A stretch of 64,000 bases of DNA from Octopus vulgaris (Eukaryota): the NCBI GenBank assembly GCA_951406725.2, contig OX597819.1:116994001-117058000 (forward strand). Reading direction: 5' to 3'. A program made the position numbers and the translations under genes. Each line of letters opens with the position of its first letter. Within the stretch, counting starts at the first letter, position 1. Positions 1-13,403 of the stretch are shown piece by piece. The notes under the pieces are model-generated. The model was not told where the DNA came from. It saw nothing but the letters and a program-made list of their open reading frames with translations, and did not search any database.

Positions 1-519
1 TATTTATTCATCTCTAAACACACTCATTTATTTTTTCTATCATATGCAAGCTATTGATTTATGTAAGTCCGTTGCGTTATTATTATTTATTCTTTCTTTT
101 ACATATAATATCTAGACCGTTTCCAGTAAAACATATAGTTCAGCAAATAAAATCAATACATTTACACAATCTGCAAAACTGTATTTCTTGAAACATTGAG
201 AAAACGTAAAAGCAACTAATCTGTAGCCATGTACAATTCACTCTTAAACTAAGAATCATTTAATACATGAAGTAAATGTTATGTATTTTATGTATATTGT
301 TTGTTTTCAACTTGATTACAATGCAGATATACAGGCATTTGCTTGGGTATTTAAATGGATATCCATAATACCGTACAGAAAATGTTTACTTCACATCGCT
401 GTAACCATACACAAATAGATACGTTTTGGCAAGCGTCTGTCTCAAATGTTTTCGTTGCTAATTTTAAATAATATTCATATTTCTAATTTTAGAGTTCTAT
501 CTAGCAGATATAGTGGCCG

Positions 520-830
520 TACACAGTCCTATTTGGTTTAGGTCAAATTTAATCTGTCCTCTGTTGTATAGACCCAGATCATCCCTGCTCCATCACATGT
601 ATGATGAAATACCTTCTTGCCATTTTCGATGCGTCTCATTTTCTGTACGTCCGGAAATCCACTTACCGTATAAGATTTTATTGAAGACAGCAGTGTGAGA
701 TTTAAGGAAGTTTCGGTTGCTATTTGGAGCAGGCCAAAATATGTAGGTGAGTTGTAAACTCGGTAATGACTGAGACAAACGAAAGCATACCGAACCCTAT
801 TTTGTGGAAAATTATTGTTGGACGTTACAT
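520..830 (-). mobile_element. Degraded RTE-clade LINE 3' coding fragment
   Basis: Minus-strand frames give YFGLLQ..., KILYGKWISGR...RKWQEG and ...EDR. These resemble the RTE C-terminal YFGHI-R / GK-G-R-RGR-RW / EDR-W pattern. The frames are broken by frameshifts. Confidence 0.4.
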
Positions 831-1147
831 TATTTAAGCACATTACACCCACTTCTCTATTTTTAACTTTCAGTTCCATTCTGTCAGATTCAAACCCGTA
901 ACAAGTTGCAGTGGGAGGGATGCGTTGTTGAGGGAGAAGAAGCTAGCATCATATAATAAGGTGTTGACATTCATGAAAGTACTAAAAAAATAATGATGGA
1001 AAATATAGTTGTATGTAGAATTCGTACATGCTTTAGAATTTCCAATACAGTAAATTTCAGGTTCGTGGTTCTTCTATTAATATCTAACACGTATCGCAGT
1101 TTGTTTGTGACAAAATTACCGGCTACGAAACCACGTAATTTGAGAAC

Positions 1148-1289
1148 GGGGCGACACCAGTAGGACTGCTTCGTAGGGGCGACACCAGTAGGACAAGCAA
1201 TTAGTGAGACAAGAGATTGCTACATATTCCGAGACCTGTAGGACAAGCGATTAGTGAGACAAGAGATTGTTACGTATTCCGAGACCTGT
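1148..1289. repeat. Nested short tandem duplications (19 bp x2 overlapping 50 bp x2)
   Basis: ggggcgacaccagtaggac at 1148-1166 and 1176-1194. gtaggacaagc.attagtgagacaagagattg.tac.tattccgagacct at 1188-1237 and 1238-1287. Confidence 0.9.
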
Positions 1290-1814
1290 TTTGAATTTCG
1301 AATAAAAATTAATATTTAAATGACTTTACATCTTAATTTTAATATGCTTCATCCCAAACCAAATAGTAGCTGCTATTTTATATTTTAATCACAGTTGATT
1401 TAACGTCATCGATAAGTTCGATACATTATGTATTATATTTGGTTTAAAAAAAATGTTTATTATTCTATTGAAAATCATATTTTTCTCGTTTACAACCAAA
1501 ATAGCCGACAAATTGGCATACTTACTCTTTCTATTCTCGCACAAAGAATGGATTAGAATTATATTCGCAAACTTCAATATAGATATACGACTACGTCATA
1601 TATCAGTTTACGTCTAGCAATGATTTCCACAATTTATCCCCAAGCAAGGAAACATATTCAGACAATCCAGGAAAGTAAAGATATATACGAATAAAACAAA
1701 TTATCCAGGCATACGATTTATCTAAGAAACAACAAACTGTTCAACTTTGAATGCACTGATAACTGATGAATGTTTGGCCGAAAGCTATTTTAAAGCGTGG
1801 AAATTTAAAACACT

Positions 1815-1954
<140 letters not shown>

Positions 1955-2296
1955 AATAATTGAAATATCTGCTAGGACATTGTATTAATGGAATTCGCTT
2001 TCACTTAAAACACTTCCTTTCACATTATTTTGTATGCTTCGATCTTTCCTAAATGTAAAACATGTAACATACATATTATATATTATATACAACATTTTCC
2101 TTTAAATCCAAATATCGACTCTTGTGATGAAGTCGCTTCACCTTTAAAAATTGCAACCGCTATTCTCTTAAACCAAACGTCGCTGTTTCAATGTTAAATG
2201 TTTCTCAAAATTGTATTTTTCTAGTCAAAATGCGTATGAAAAGAAAGTGGGATGGCCATAGATTAAACACTTTGCAAAATATGTCTGCTAGTCGAG

Positions 2297-2531
2297 AAGG
2301 CGGCGAGTTGGCAGAAACGTTAGCACGCCGGGCGAAATGCGTAGCTCTATTTCGTCTGCCGTTACGTTCTGTGTTCAAATTCCGCCGAGGTCGACTTTGC
2401 TTTTCGTCGTTTCGGGGTCGATAAATTAAGTGCCAGTTACTCACTGGGGTCGATGTAATCGACTTAATCCGTTTGTCTCTCCTTGTTTGTCCCCTCTGTT
2501 TATCCCCTTGAGGGTAGTAAAGAAATAGGTT
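2297..2531 (+). mobile_element. tRNA-derived SINE, family B, full length with TSD
   Basis: Head ggcggcgagttggcagaa...gttcaaattcc (A/B-box-like). Central ttcggggtcgataaattaagtgccag domain (Meta-domain-like). 11-bp TSD tgctagtcgag at 2286-2296 and 2532-2542. Other copies at about 17.0, 21.1, 35.0 and 52.4 kb. Confidence 0.9.
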
Positions 2532-3400
2532 TGCTAGTCGAGTTTTTACGCAACAAACTACATAATCGAAGCTACAATTTTATGTATAAAATTTGTGTAT
2601 GTGTAACGGGCCACAGCAGACCGTATGTCTGAAACGATTACAAATTTAAGTAATTTCATTAGATCTTTAAAAATAATCAGATCTGATAATAAAACAGTTT
2701 CTCTTTGATGGGCAACTGAAATTAATTTGTATATATCTTCATTACATTAGATACTGCATTTCATCTCAAGGGACAACTCATATGTGAAGAGCGTCATTTA
2801 GAAAGATTTATCTGAATACTATCTACGTTAGTCGGAACAACATTATCTGCCTTTCTGCATGTTCATAAGAACCCTAATACATTTGCAGGATTTGTTTGCA
2901 TGTCCCGGAATGCCATCTAGCATGTTCACTGTAAATTTCCTTCGGGATCTAAACGGGTACTAAAATCGTGTATGATACTACCAACTACCTAAACCAGTTT
3001 GGCACGGTCCTCCTCAGATTATTGACATTATTTACTCAGGAATTAAAAGGCAGTCACAAATATACATGTCATAACGAGATGCTGGGAATGAGGAGGGAAT
3101 TGAGTTATGGTAGAATATATTTTCTATTTCTGAGGGACTTCAGAATTTTATCAGCTCTTCTGACATTTGTTCAAATGGGTATTAAGTTTGACTTCTTGCA
3201 ATATTTACTAACATATTTACATAATCGTTAAATATATTGAGCTAAATAGGCGATATTTTGCTTCTTAAAATCTTATGTTTAATCGATTGTTGAATCTTTT
3301 GGAGAAGCGCACCGAAAGCACCGAAGCACCCAAACTTAAGATTAATATTATTCGAAGACAACTGTACATGTTTAGACATAAATTAGCATTTTTAATAACC

Positions 3401-3623
3401 TACTCTTTACTCTTTTATTTGTTTCAGTCATTTGACTGTGGCCATGCTGGAGCACTGCCTTTAGTCGATCAAATCGACCCCAGGACTTATTCTTTGTAGG
3501 CCTAGTACTTATTCTATCGGTCTCTTTTGCCGAACCACTATGTTACGGGGACGCAAACACACCAGCATCGATTGTCGAGCGATGTTTGGGGGGACAAACA
3601 CAGACACACAAACGTATACACAC

Positions 3624-3711
<88 letters not shown>

Positions 3712-3856
3712 GGGCTTCTTTCAATTTCTGTCTACCAAATCCATTCACAAGGATTTGGTCGGGCCGAGGTTATAGTAGGAGACGCTTGCCCAAAGTGCCA
3801 CGCAGTGGGACTGAACTCGGAACCATATAGTTCGTAAGCAAGCCACTCCTACGCCT
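3401..3856 (-). mobile_element. tRNA-derived SINE, family A (CORE-like box, internal microsatellite, LINE-like tail)
   Basis: Homologous to 10101-10565 and 14304-14767. Minus strand has the head ggcgtaggagtggc...ggttccgagttcagtcc, the ttgggcaag box, an internal (TA)n and a (gagtaaa)n tail. Confidence 0.9.
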
Positions 3857-5339
3857 GTCTGTAACTTTCAAATAGATACAGGCAAATGTACGTTTATGAA
3901 GCAATAGTAACCCTCTGTATGGTAATTATATAATTAAATTAGTATCGAACAGTTTTTTTAAAGGTGAATTAAAGTGTGAGAGAATATTCTCGAATAGCGT
4001 TAGAACGTTACATAAAGAGAACATTTATGGCAGAACCAGCTTTCTGCGAACATTTTATTATATTTGTAATCATATAATTCCTCTTCGCGCTGTTTCTTTT
4101 ATTTTCTGCAATAATTTTATTTCATATTTTACTCGTCTGATGTAACTTGTCATCAGGTGTTAGTAATTGCATCATTGCAGGTGAGAACATTCATAAAGCA
4201 AGCGGTCCTGTTTGATATTTATCTGCTCTCATTATGTGTCTCTGTCTCTGTAACACTCTCTCTCTATGCAATACTTTTCAACTACAAAAGTCAGATCATA
4301 TAAACTTTGACAAACTAAACGTAATTTAATATTAACAAAACTTTAATAATTGGATTTCCAAACGAATGTGTACATATATCGATAGCGTATCTATTTCTAC
4401 AAAACTTTTTCTTTTTATCACACAACGAAATTATTGACAGGTTTGTCGCCATCTTTAATTACTGTTTATCGCTGTGTTCAGCCGTATTTCATGTACAATG
4501 AATAATTGTATAAAAATATTTCTGCTGCGATTGTCTTCAAAAATTATTATTTAAAGAAGCCACAGAAAGCATCTTTCGAAATGTTACTTTTCTTGATAAA
4601 TTTTAAAATCCATGTTTCGATATTTCTATTACATATTCTAAATGGATAAAATAACATTAACTCCTGGGCGAGCAAGATTTTTGGGAACTGTATAACATTT
4701 AAAATACTTAATTCCCTAAGAATGATATATTTGCGACTGTAAACGTTTGATACATTTATTTTCTAGTAATTGCTTAAAATATAATTTGTTTCCGGAACTA
4801 TATAAGAAACGTGTATTACTTGAAAACGCGAATATGTATGTAATTTCTCTTGTAATCGCATGAAGATATTAAAGAAATACACAACATATCATACAATAAC
4901 AAGTATACATATTCGTTTTCTTAATTGATTAATATCACCGGATTCCGGAAAATGAACGGAGCGGCAGAGGTCTTTGCTTCTACACTTGAAATCTGGGATG
5001 CAAATGTAATTAATTGCATCGAAGTAAAAAAAAAAAAAGATGTAATGCTAGTCGTAGATGAGGTAGACGCAAATTCATTTGTTGTCCTCAAAACATGTAA
5101 GCGTGAATAATATACCTTATCAATGACATAAGATACAGAGCAGAGGCTAAATCTATAGGCCAGTCTCTCTGGCTTCACACATCAGGAAAATCATGGTGCG
5201 AATAGTCAGAAAGAAACTGACTGCATTCCTTGAAAAGATTTACTTTCTGATTGATGGGTGGTTTTCTACCAGAAGATATTGACTGACACAATGTTTGCAG
5301 GACTAAAACGCGATGTTAAGCTCAACAACACAAATGTGA

Positions 5340-6396
5340 AGTGATATATCACGAATTTTCAAAAAAGCTACGATATCTCGGTATACCGGGAGTGTGATTA
5401 CACGAGTTTTCTAAAAGATAATAGGTAGTAGTGGTCAATGGAATCACACGAAAGAGAAAGCACGAATAAGGAATTGTGTCCCCCAGGTCACAGCGTTAGT
5501 GCTGCTGCTATTCATAGCGGCCCTCTCAGACATAGCCTCAGCTGCTCAGATAGCCACCGTTGCTAGGTATGCAGACGATACAAAAGTCTCTTCGAGGATA
5601 CAGAACACGGGAGATGTTGCATACCTGCAACAAGAGATGGATGCAAATTGAGGGTAGGCTAAAGACAATAATAAGTGGTTTTAAGTTTGAAAAAACTCAA
5701 GCCCCGCGCTAATAACACACGAAACTGAATGAAATGCAGACGGGAAACACAGGTCAAGGTGGGATTACAAAACCAGTGCCAGAACTGGGCATTAGCAGGA
5801 GTAATGGTTAATTATTCCATCCGAATCCTACTATGTTGACAACAAATACAAATAGCTGGCGGGACGGAGCCTTAGAACATTTTGGAAAGAGAGAAAAGGA
5901 AGCTATGATAGTTTGCTGGGGGTCGTATGTCCTCAGCCGCGTAGGCTACTGCTCCAAAATATGGTCACAACACATTGTACAATGTACTGCGGTACTGGAA
6001 ACTTTAAAACGCTACTCTCTAAAAGGAGGGCGGAAAAGATATGCAGAGAAGATATCTGGAATTTTCTGGAAGGACTTGGTTGGGTACCACAGTCCCAAAT
6101 ATCATAATATCACCATCAGGGTTCCAGAACAGATACTGCAGCAGATTAGCTATCCCTTCAGAAACTCCTGAGAGACCTGCATGCAGTGGATGTCGGTAAT
6201 AAAGAATGTATCTCCTCCTGCCAAAATTTCCGGATGAGCCTATATCGCGGCTGGCAACGTAGATGAGGCAGGGACGTCAAACTTACTCATTCGCAACTTC
6301 CGCAATCTAGAAAAGGTTTTTATGTAATGATAATGTAGCAAAACTAACGGCGTTACCCTTGCATAAACTCGGCTCTGGAGTTGAAACAAGTAAAAA
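5340..6396 (+). mobile_element. Old CR1-like LINE 3' fragment (RT remnant)
   Basis: gtgtccccccaggtcacagcgttag (VPQG-VLG-like) and tatgcagacgatacaaaagtc (YADDTKV) near 5570-5590, plus YCSKIW. Collinear with the better-preserved copy at 48556-49730, including the 3' end. Confidence 0.8.
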
Positions 6397-6631
6397 GGCA
6401 CAAGCAAGTACTTGCTGAATGTTAGAAATGCGAAATGATATTGTTGTAAAGCGAATGATTTTCGAAATTAAAGATAATGTGAAACCTATGTTTATAACAA
6501 TTCTAGGCCGTTAGCTATGACTATCATTTACTCTAAAATTTCATGTTGCAATATCTGCGATTAAATGTAAATAGAATAATGACTCCTTTAATGGTATATA
6601 TATCCTTTGATAATTGATATATATATTAATG

Positions 6632-6658
<27 letters not shown>

Positions 6659-6663
<5 letters not shown>

Positions 6664-6862
6664 CCAAGAAAAAAAGCAACAAGAATGGATTAGTAGATTT
6701 GTACTAATCTACTAATCCATTCTTGTTGCTTTTTTCTTAGTTATAATCACCCCACATTATTTCATGGTTAATACCATAAAGAATTCTGGTGCATCTAAGT
6801 TAAGTGCCATATTCATTGGAATTCATTGGAATTCACTTGAATCTTAATTGTTTTGCTGAAAT
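6659..6862. repeat. Near-perfect 87-bp palindrome plus unique tail, embedded in (TA)n
   Basis: taaccaagaaaaaaagcaacaagaatggattagtagatt-t-gtac-t-aatctactaatccattcttgttgcttttttcttagtta, centred on gtac at 6701-6704. About 115 bp of tail follows, then (TA)n. Confidence 0.85.
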
Positions 6863-9014
6863 TATATATATATATATTATTTGATAATTATTTAAGGAAG
6901 TATGCAGCCTCTAATTCTCGCATACAAGCAAGTCCACAAATTCAGGGGGAACAGGAATCTAAAAGCAGCTCTTCATATACTATATTATTGCCTACAGAAA
7001 AATGAAATCAATGTTTACGTTGCTATCATATTAAGTCGCTGTGAGTAACACAGAATATCTAGACCGACGCTCACTTATTTATTTCATCATGGAGCTAGAG
7101 CCAAGGTACTTTAAATGAAAATAAATACACCGCATCTTGATTTTATGCATCCTAATTTATTTTATTTATCCTGGTCCGTAAAATATATTGTTTATGCTTA
7201 CAGGCCGTCGTATTTATTATTTGGAATCCACCTCTCACCTACTATTGGCATTCTTTATATATAAAATCTCTTTGTCCGATATTGTCGTATTCACAAACGA
7301 TGTTAATTTAGGTAGATCATTACCGAGCAACAAAAATAACCGATTGTTTATATTGTATGTCATTTAAAATAATGTCAGAGAATACAGTTTCTAATTTCCA
7401 ACTCGTCAACATCAAGTGATGTGCCTTTCACCGCTATGCAAACCTGTATGCTGCTGGATGAACTTCACTGATATCAGAATGTCACCAAAAGTATAACCAG
7501 ATTTGTAATACGTAATTATTCAGAAAAAAATATTTATTCAGTCAGGATGTTTACTTCAAATTTATAGTTTAATGTTCCAAGTATTAAATAATGTAATATT
7601 GTTATACCTGCTGGTTTGTGAATTACTGGCTTTTGTGATGATTACATAGGTAATATCTTTTGTGACATTATAGAAGAAAATTTACTGATTCATACATTAT
7701 GACACGTAATTAATGTGTATGGCTGTATATTTCTCAAACCTTATCAAAATATAAAATAAGCATGGCTAGACTTCACATCTGAGGAAGTTGAAAAAGTAAA
7801 AATGCTATTAGCGCTTAATCAATAATTATTTTATTCACCACAATTTTATTGAAATTTGAATTTATAAATTTCCCTTCTAAAGCTATGTTGCCGATTACTG
7901 ACGAACGTAAGCAAGACATTCATAATTATTTGAGTGGCAAGTTTTTCCAACCCAAAAAACTTTTGCCTTGTCTTGTAAGCTATTAGCGCGTACTTTATTT
8001 TTTTTTATACCTGTCGCATATATGTGCAACCATACAAACGTAATATCTTTAAGCAAACCTACAAATACAGTGAGAAAATCATAGCATTTTTGCAATTCCG
8101 TTTATTCTAGAATAATACACTCATTCTACTGCATCAATATAGTCAGTTAAGTAGGAAAATTCACGACATTATCGACGTCAAGCCTAGGCTGATGTTTGAA
8201 ATTGGCAAATAAATTTTAGATCTTTGGGTAGATTTGTAGCCTTTTCCATTATAAGATAAAGTAAATAAATATTAAGTGTTTTTAATTGAACTGTTCAATG
8301 CGTCGATAAATAATACTTTGCCATTTCTATTGCAGACTCTAGAAATGAAGCTAATATATAAAATCTAATGACATACATAACAAAAGGTGACAGAATGATA
8401 TACAGAGAATCTTATAAAAGTCATATCCGTAAAACAAACCTGGGGATGCAAAGACAAGAATAAGAGATTCGTTGACGATAAGAATGAAATTGGAAACAAT
8501 GCCCATCGTTTATTTGCTTTTAATACGATGGCAAGAGACTTATGGTCAGATTGAAACAAAAGGAAGTATGAGAATGTTTGTACAAAGATTAGAGTATATT
8601 TACATAAATCAGAATAGGCTAAAAAACACGTTTATCGGCAACGTCAAATATGAATTGCAAAGGTGAAGCACAAAAATCGATATGAAATCACGATTAGGAA
8701 TTAAAAGGAGATCTTAGAATTGCAACTGTTACAGTGAAATATTCTTTGTCGTATTTTATTTATATATTTATCAGTCTTCGATATTATTCAACCGTTTCCT
8801 TTAGATATCTTCATTAGGTTATTTTTTTATACGAGCTGTATTTGTTGTTCTGTTTCATGTTTTGATATTCTAGAATGGATAATATCTACTTAGGTAAAAT
8901 CTATATGGGTAGGAATATATTTATAAAATCGAAGAACAGATGCAGAACAAGACAAAACAAAAGTTGCATGAGATTACTACAAATAGATTTCGCTTTTTAT
9001 TAGATAAACAAAGA

Positions 9015-9737
9015 GTTGTATACATCTATATGCATGTATGTAATTCGTATACATACACACATATATATATATATACATATATATGTATATATATATATGT
9101 GTATATATTTATATGTGTACGCAAATATATGTATATATATATATGTTTACACGCAGATAGACCCTTTCACATACATACGCATGCAGACGCAAAGAAACAC
9201 ACACACATATATATTCATGTATGCGAGTTTGTGCGTATATAATTATGTTTATATAAAAACATGCATATATATATATATATATATATAAAGACATTCGTGT
9301 ATATTTCTTTGGATATACACAAGACAGTAGGTACATGTATAAATGTTTGTGAATCTATTTAACTATCTATACATACATATATACATACATACACACATCC
9401 ATACACATATATATACATATATATACATATATACATACATATATACATACATATATACATACATATATGCATACATATATACATACATATATATATACAT
9501 ATATATATACATATACATATACATATATATATATATACATATATATATATACATATATATACACATATATATACACATATATATATACGTATATATATAC
9601 ATATATACACATATATATATACACACATATACACATATATATACACACACACATACATATATACATACATATATACATACATACATACATATTCATATTT
9701 GTGTGTATGCCCCCGCGCGCACACACACACATATATG
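9015..9737. repeat. Degenerate (TA)/(CA)/(TACA) microsatellite field
   Basis: Read directly from the sequence. It is the source of the many YI/HT-rich ORFs here. Confidence 0.9.
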
Positions 9738-10100
9738 CATCTACTCTGTACGACAATATGGATTATCTCGCTCGCTGGACTGAATAAACTTTTCCTGAAT
9801 AAATGTCTAAGTGGCAGTGCATGGCAGTGACACGGGTGCCCTTAACGTAATTTTCAGACAGAACCATACTCATCTCTAAATTTTGTTTGCTTTGGTAAGG
9901 ACATATTATTGTGTTTTATGATCTCAATGTACACATTATTTCATATCTTAAAATATACAACTATATATTCAATTCAACCCAAAGAAGTCAGTCTTGCAAT
10001 TTATCTAACTCAAAAAGTTGGTGTATCGACAGACTTCATAGTACTAAACCACTCCCAGTCATTTATTCTACCCTATAATAAATTTTGCACATATTTTGTC

Positions 10101-10325
10101 TTACTCTTTTACTCTTTTACTTGTTTCAGTCATTTGACTGTGGCCATGTTGGAGCACCACCTTTAGTCGAGCAAATCGACCCCGGGACTTATTCTTTGTA
10201 AGCCCAGTACTTATTCTATCGGTCTCTTTTGCCGAACCGACCGCTAAGTGACGGGGACGTAAACACACCAGCATCGGTTGTCAAGCAATGCTAGGGAGAC
10301 AAACACAGACACACAAACACATACA

Positions 10326-10399
<74 letters not shown>

Positions 10400-10565
10400 T
10401 ACGACAGGCTTCTTTCAGTTTCCGTCTACCAAATCCACTCACAAGGCATTGGTCGGCCCGGGGCTATAGCAGAGGACACTTGCCCAAGATGCCACGCAGT
10501 GAGACTGAACCCGGAACCAAGTGGTTGGTTAGCAAGCTACTTACCACACAGCCACTCCTGCGCCT
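10101..10565 (-). mobile_element. SINE family A, full length
   Basis: Minus-strand head ggcgcaggagtggctgtgtggtaagtagc...ggttccgggttcagtctc, box cttgggcaagtgtc, internal (TA)n(TG)n, tail ggtgctccaacatggccacagtcaaatgactgaaacaagtaaaagag. Confidence 0.92.
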
Positions 10566-11260
10566 CATCTTTGTGAGTTTTCTAGAATAGAGCTTGATTA
10601 GCGTGGCTGAGTGTAGGGTTTTTAGAGCGGTTAGTAACATGATAGTATTGCTACTACTCTGCGCGCGGAAGCGACACAAGGTATGGTAATCATTCGTCTT
10701 TGTTTGCGTGTTTGTAAAGTTACCGGAAAACGGCCAAACGGATTCTCACATTTGGCAGGAATACTCATTGGGTGATTGGTTCAAATGCTGAACATTTGGT
10801 TTGATTATCTTTAAAAAAAAAGACAAAACTCGAACTTCCAAATTTTCCGATGAGCATATTATTTTGTTCACTTATGTTTTCATATGAATTGACCCTTCTC
10901 GGCGTGTGTATAGATCCTATTGTACCTATCCACGTATACACGTGTGCGTACATACATACATTTCCACATACATACGTAAATACAGACATTGATATGAAAT
11001 TGTGTTTGTGTGAGTGTGTGTACAGGGACGACTTCGCGTGTCCGGTTTATGTACGACTTGATATCTAAATTTCGCCGGAGCATAATGGCTATATTGAAAA
11101 AACAGAAGGCTTTGGAATTTTCTGTTGACAATATCATGATGAATAGAGAAGAATGTTCTAAGCTCATATGAATGTCATAGTTCGAAAAAAAAATATTTCT
11201 CAGGGATGCACACAGAAGTTAACTGTTTTGGGAGAAGATTAAAAGTAAATCCTGAACCAT

Positions 11261-11262
<2 letters not shown>

Positions 11263-11305
<43 letters not shown>

Positions 11306-11430
11306 TGAGTGAGTGAGTGAGTGAGTGAGTGAGTGAGTGAGTGAGCGAGCGAGTGAGTGAGTGAGTGAGTGAGAGAGAGAGAGAGAGTGAGAATGTGCGT
11401 GTGTATGCATGTATGTGTGTGTGTATGCAT
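11263..11430. repeat. (TG)n(TGAG)n(GA)n microsatellite
   Basis: Read directly from the sequence. Confidence 0.95.
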
Positions 11431-11560
11431 GTATAGAAAATATATATTATTAATCTTAAAATGGATTAATCCCATTCGATAATATCTAAGTCTACGAAAA
11501 AAAATTACTTTATTAGATTTGCATTTATGTTTCGTATACATGTATGTGTGTACGTGTATG

Positions 11561-11610
<50 letters not shown>

Positions 11611-12095
11611 CACACACATATCTGCCTCTGTGTGTGTCTTCTCGGATCTCGGGCATCCTCCATCCGATTGCGCTCAAATTTGATACGTAGATACCGACGG
11701 TATCAGGGCGTATATAAGTCTTGAAAATTATAAAAATCGATTCGATGTAAGAATGGCATCAATAAAGCCGTGGGAACGTGCATTTGTACGCGCCAGTACA
11801 TCAGTCGAACGTTGTTTTGACAAAATTTGGTTTAAATGTTTGACAACTTAGCACCGTACAGTGGCTGTGGGGCGTTTTGCTCGTAATATATACATATATA
11901 TATATATAACTACAAAATTAGAAAATGGAGAAACATACTTAAATCAATAAAACATCAACTATCAGATGATACCCAATCAATACTTTATTACACCATTACA
12001 TATCAGTAAAGGCATTATACAAAATATAAAGTAAATATAAATTGACAAGGAAATAGAAATATAAAATATAAAATATAATATGTAATTATATCATA

Positions 12096-12206
12096 TCTGA
12101 CAGCTGTTTCGGCAGTAAGGGCAGTCATACCTCATTTAACCTATAAGCCATAAAGGCAGGTATAAATGAGGCATTAAGAAAGGATGCCCCACGGCCTCTT
12201 CAGAGA
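12096..12206 (-). ncRNA. Type I hammerhead ribozyme motif (H1, long stem II)
   Basis: Reverse complement of the motif at 12934-13043. Confidence 0.75.
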
Positions 12207-12933
12207 ATTTAATTTGTTATAATTGTGAAAAAAATTATTTTTCCATATACATATAAATATAAAAATATAAAAATGTAAATTATAAAAACTTGTGCATAAA
12301 CTCCATAATGCTATACATATATATAATACTCATTGATACAATAATGCAAGGTAAACAAAACAAAATAAAACAAAATATATATCAGTGTATATATTAATAT
12401 TAATAAGCACAGTTATTTTACATATTTAGCTAATAGTTCTAAAAACTAACACCAAGTACATCCATTCAAAATCGAAATAACTCATAGTTATTTCGATTTT
12501 GAATGGATGTACTTGGTGCTAACTTAACTGTATCTATTATTATTATTATTATTATTAATATTAATAGTAATTTATATTGACTTTTATAGGTTTATAATTT
12601 TATGAACTGAACTATGTTTTTTTTATTATTATTTTCAGGTATAGGGATGATTTTAATTTAAATAGTAGTAAGCATACATCTCCCTATGTGTTAGTTTTTA
12701 GAACTATTAGCTAAATATGTAAAATAACTGTGCTTATTAATATTAATATATACACTGATATATATTTTGTTTTATTTTGTTTTGTTTACCTTGCATTATT
12801 GTATCAATGAGTATTATATATATGTGTAGCATTATGGAGTATATGCACAAGTTTTTATATTTTACATTTTTATATTTTTATATTTATATGTATATGGAAA
12901 AATAATTTTTTTCACAATTATAACAAATTAAAT

Positions 12934-13043
12934 TCTCTGAAGAGGCCGTGGGGCATCCTTCTTAATGCCTCATTTATACCTGCCTTTATGGCTTATAGGT
13001 TAAATGAGGTATGACTGCCCTTACTGCCGAAACAGCTGTCAGA
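12934..13043 (+). ncRNA. Type I hammerhead ribozyme motif (H1, long stem II)
   Basis: tct-CTGAAGA-ggc...gcc-GAAA-cagctg-TC-aga. Stem I is tct/aga, stem II is closed by ggc/gcc, and stem III is the palindrome ACAGCTGT. Predicted cleavage is after 13040. Confidence 0.78.
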
Positions 13044-13403
13044 TATGATATAATTACATATTATATTTTATATTTTATATTTCTATTTCCTTGTCAATTT
13101 ATATTTACTTTATATTTTGTATAATGCCTTTACTGATATGTAATGGTGTAATAAAGTATTGATTGGGTATCATCTGATAGTTGATGTTTTATTGATTTAA
13201 GTATGTTTCTCCATTTTCTAATTTTGTAGTATTAATTTACGGTAATATTATTACCTTTGCCCATATAATACAATAGATGAACTAATTGCTTGGCAATTTT
13301 TAACATCTATGTATTAGTCTTGTTGGGTACCTATCTAGCAGTATATTGGATATATGTTATCCCATGGTGGGTTGAATTTTTCAACCCCTATCTCATTTTA
13401 TAA

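Noticed and set aside
9016-9787. YI/HT/CV-rich ORFs here and at 19, 31.7, 49.7, 55.4 and 60 kb
   Set aside because: Dinucleotide repeats lack stop codons, and there is no other coding signal.
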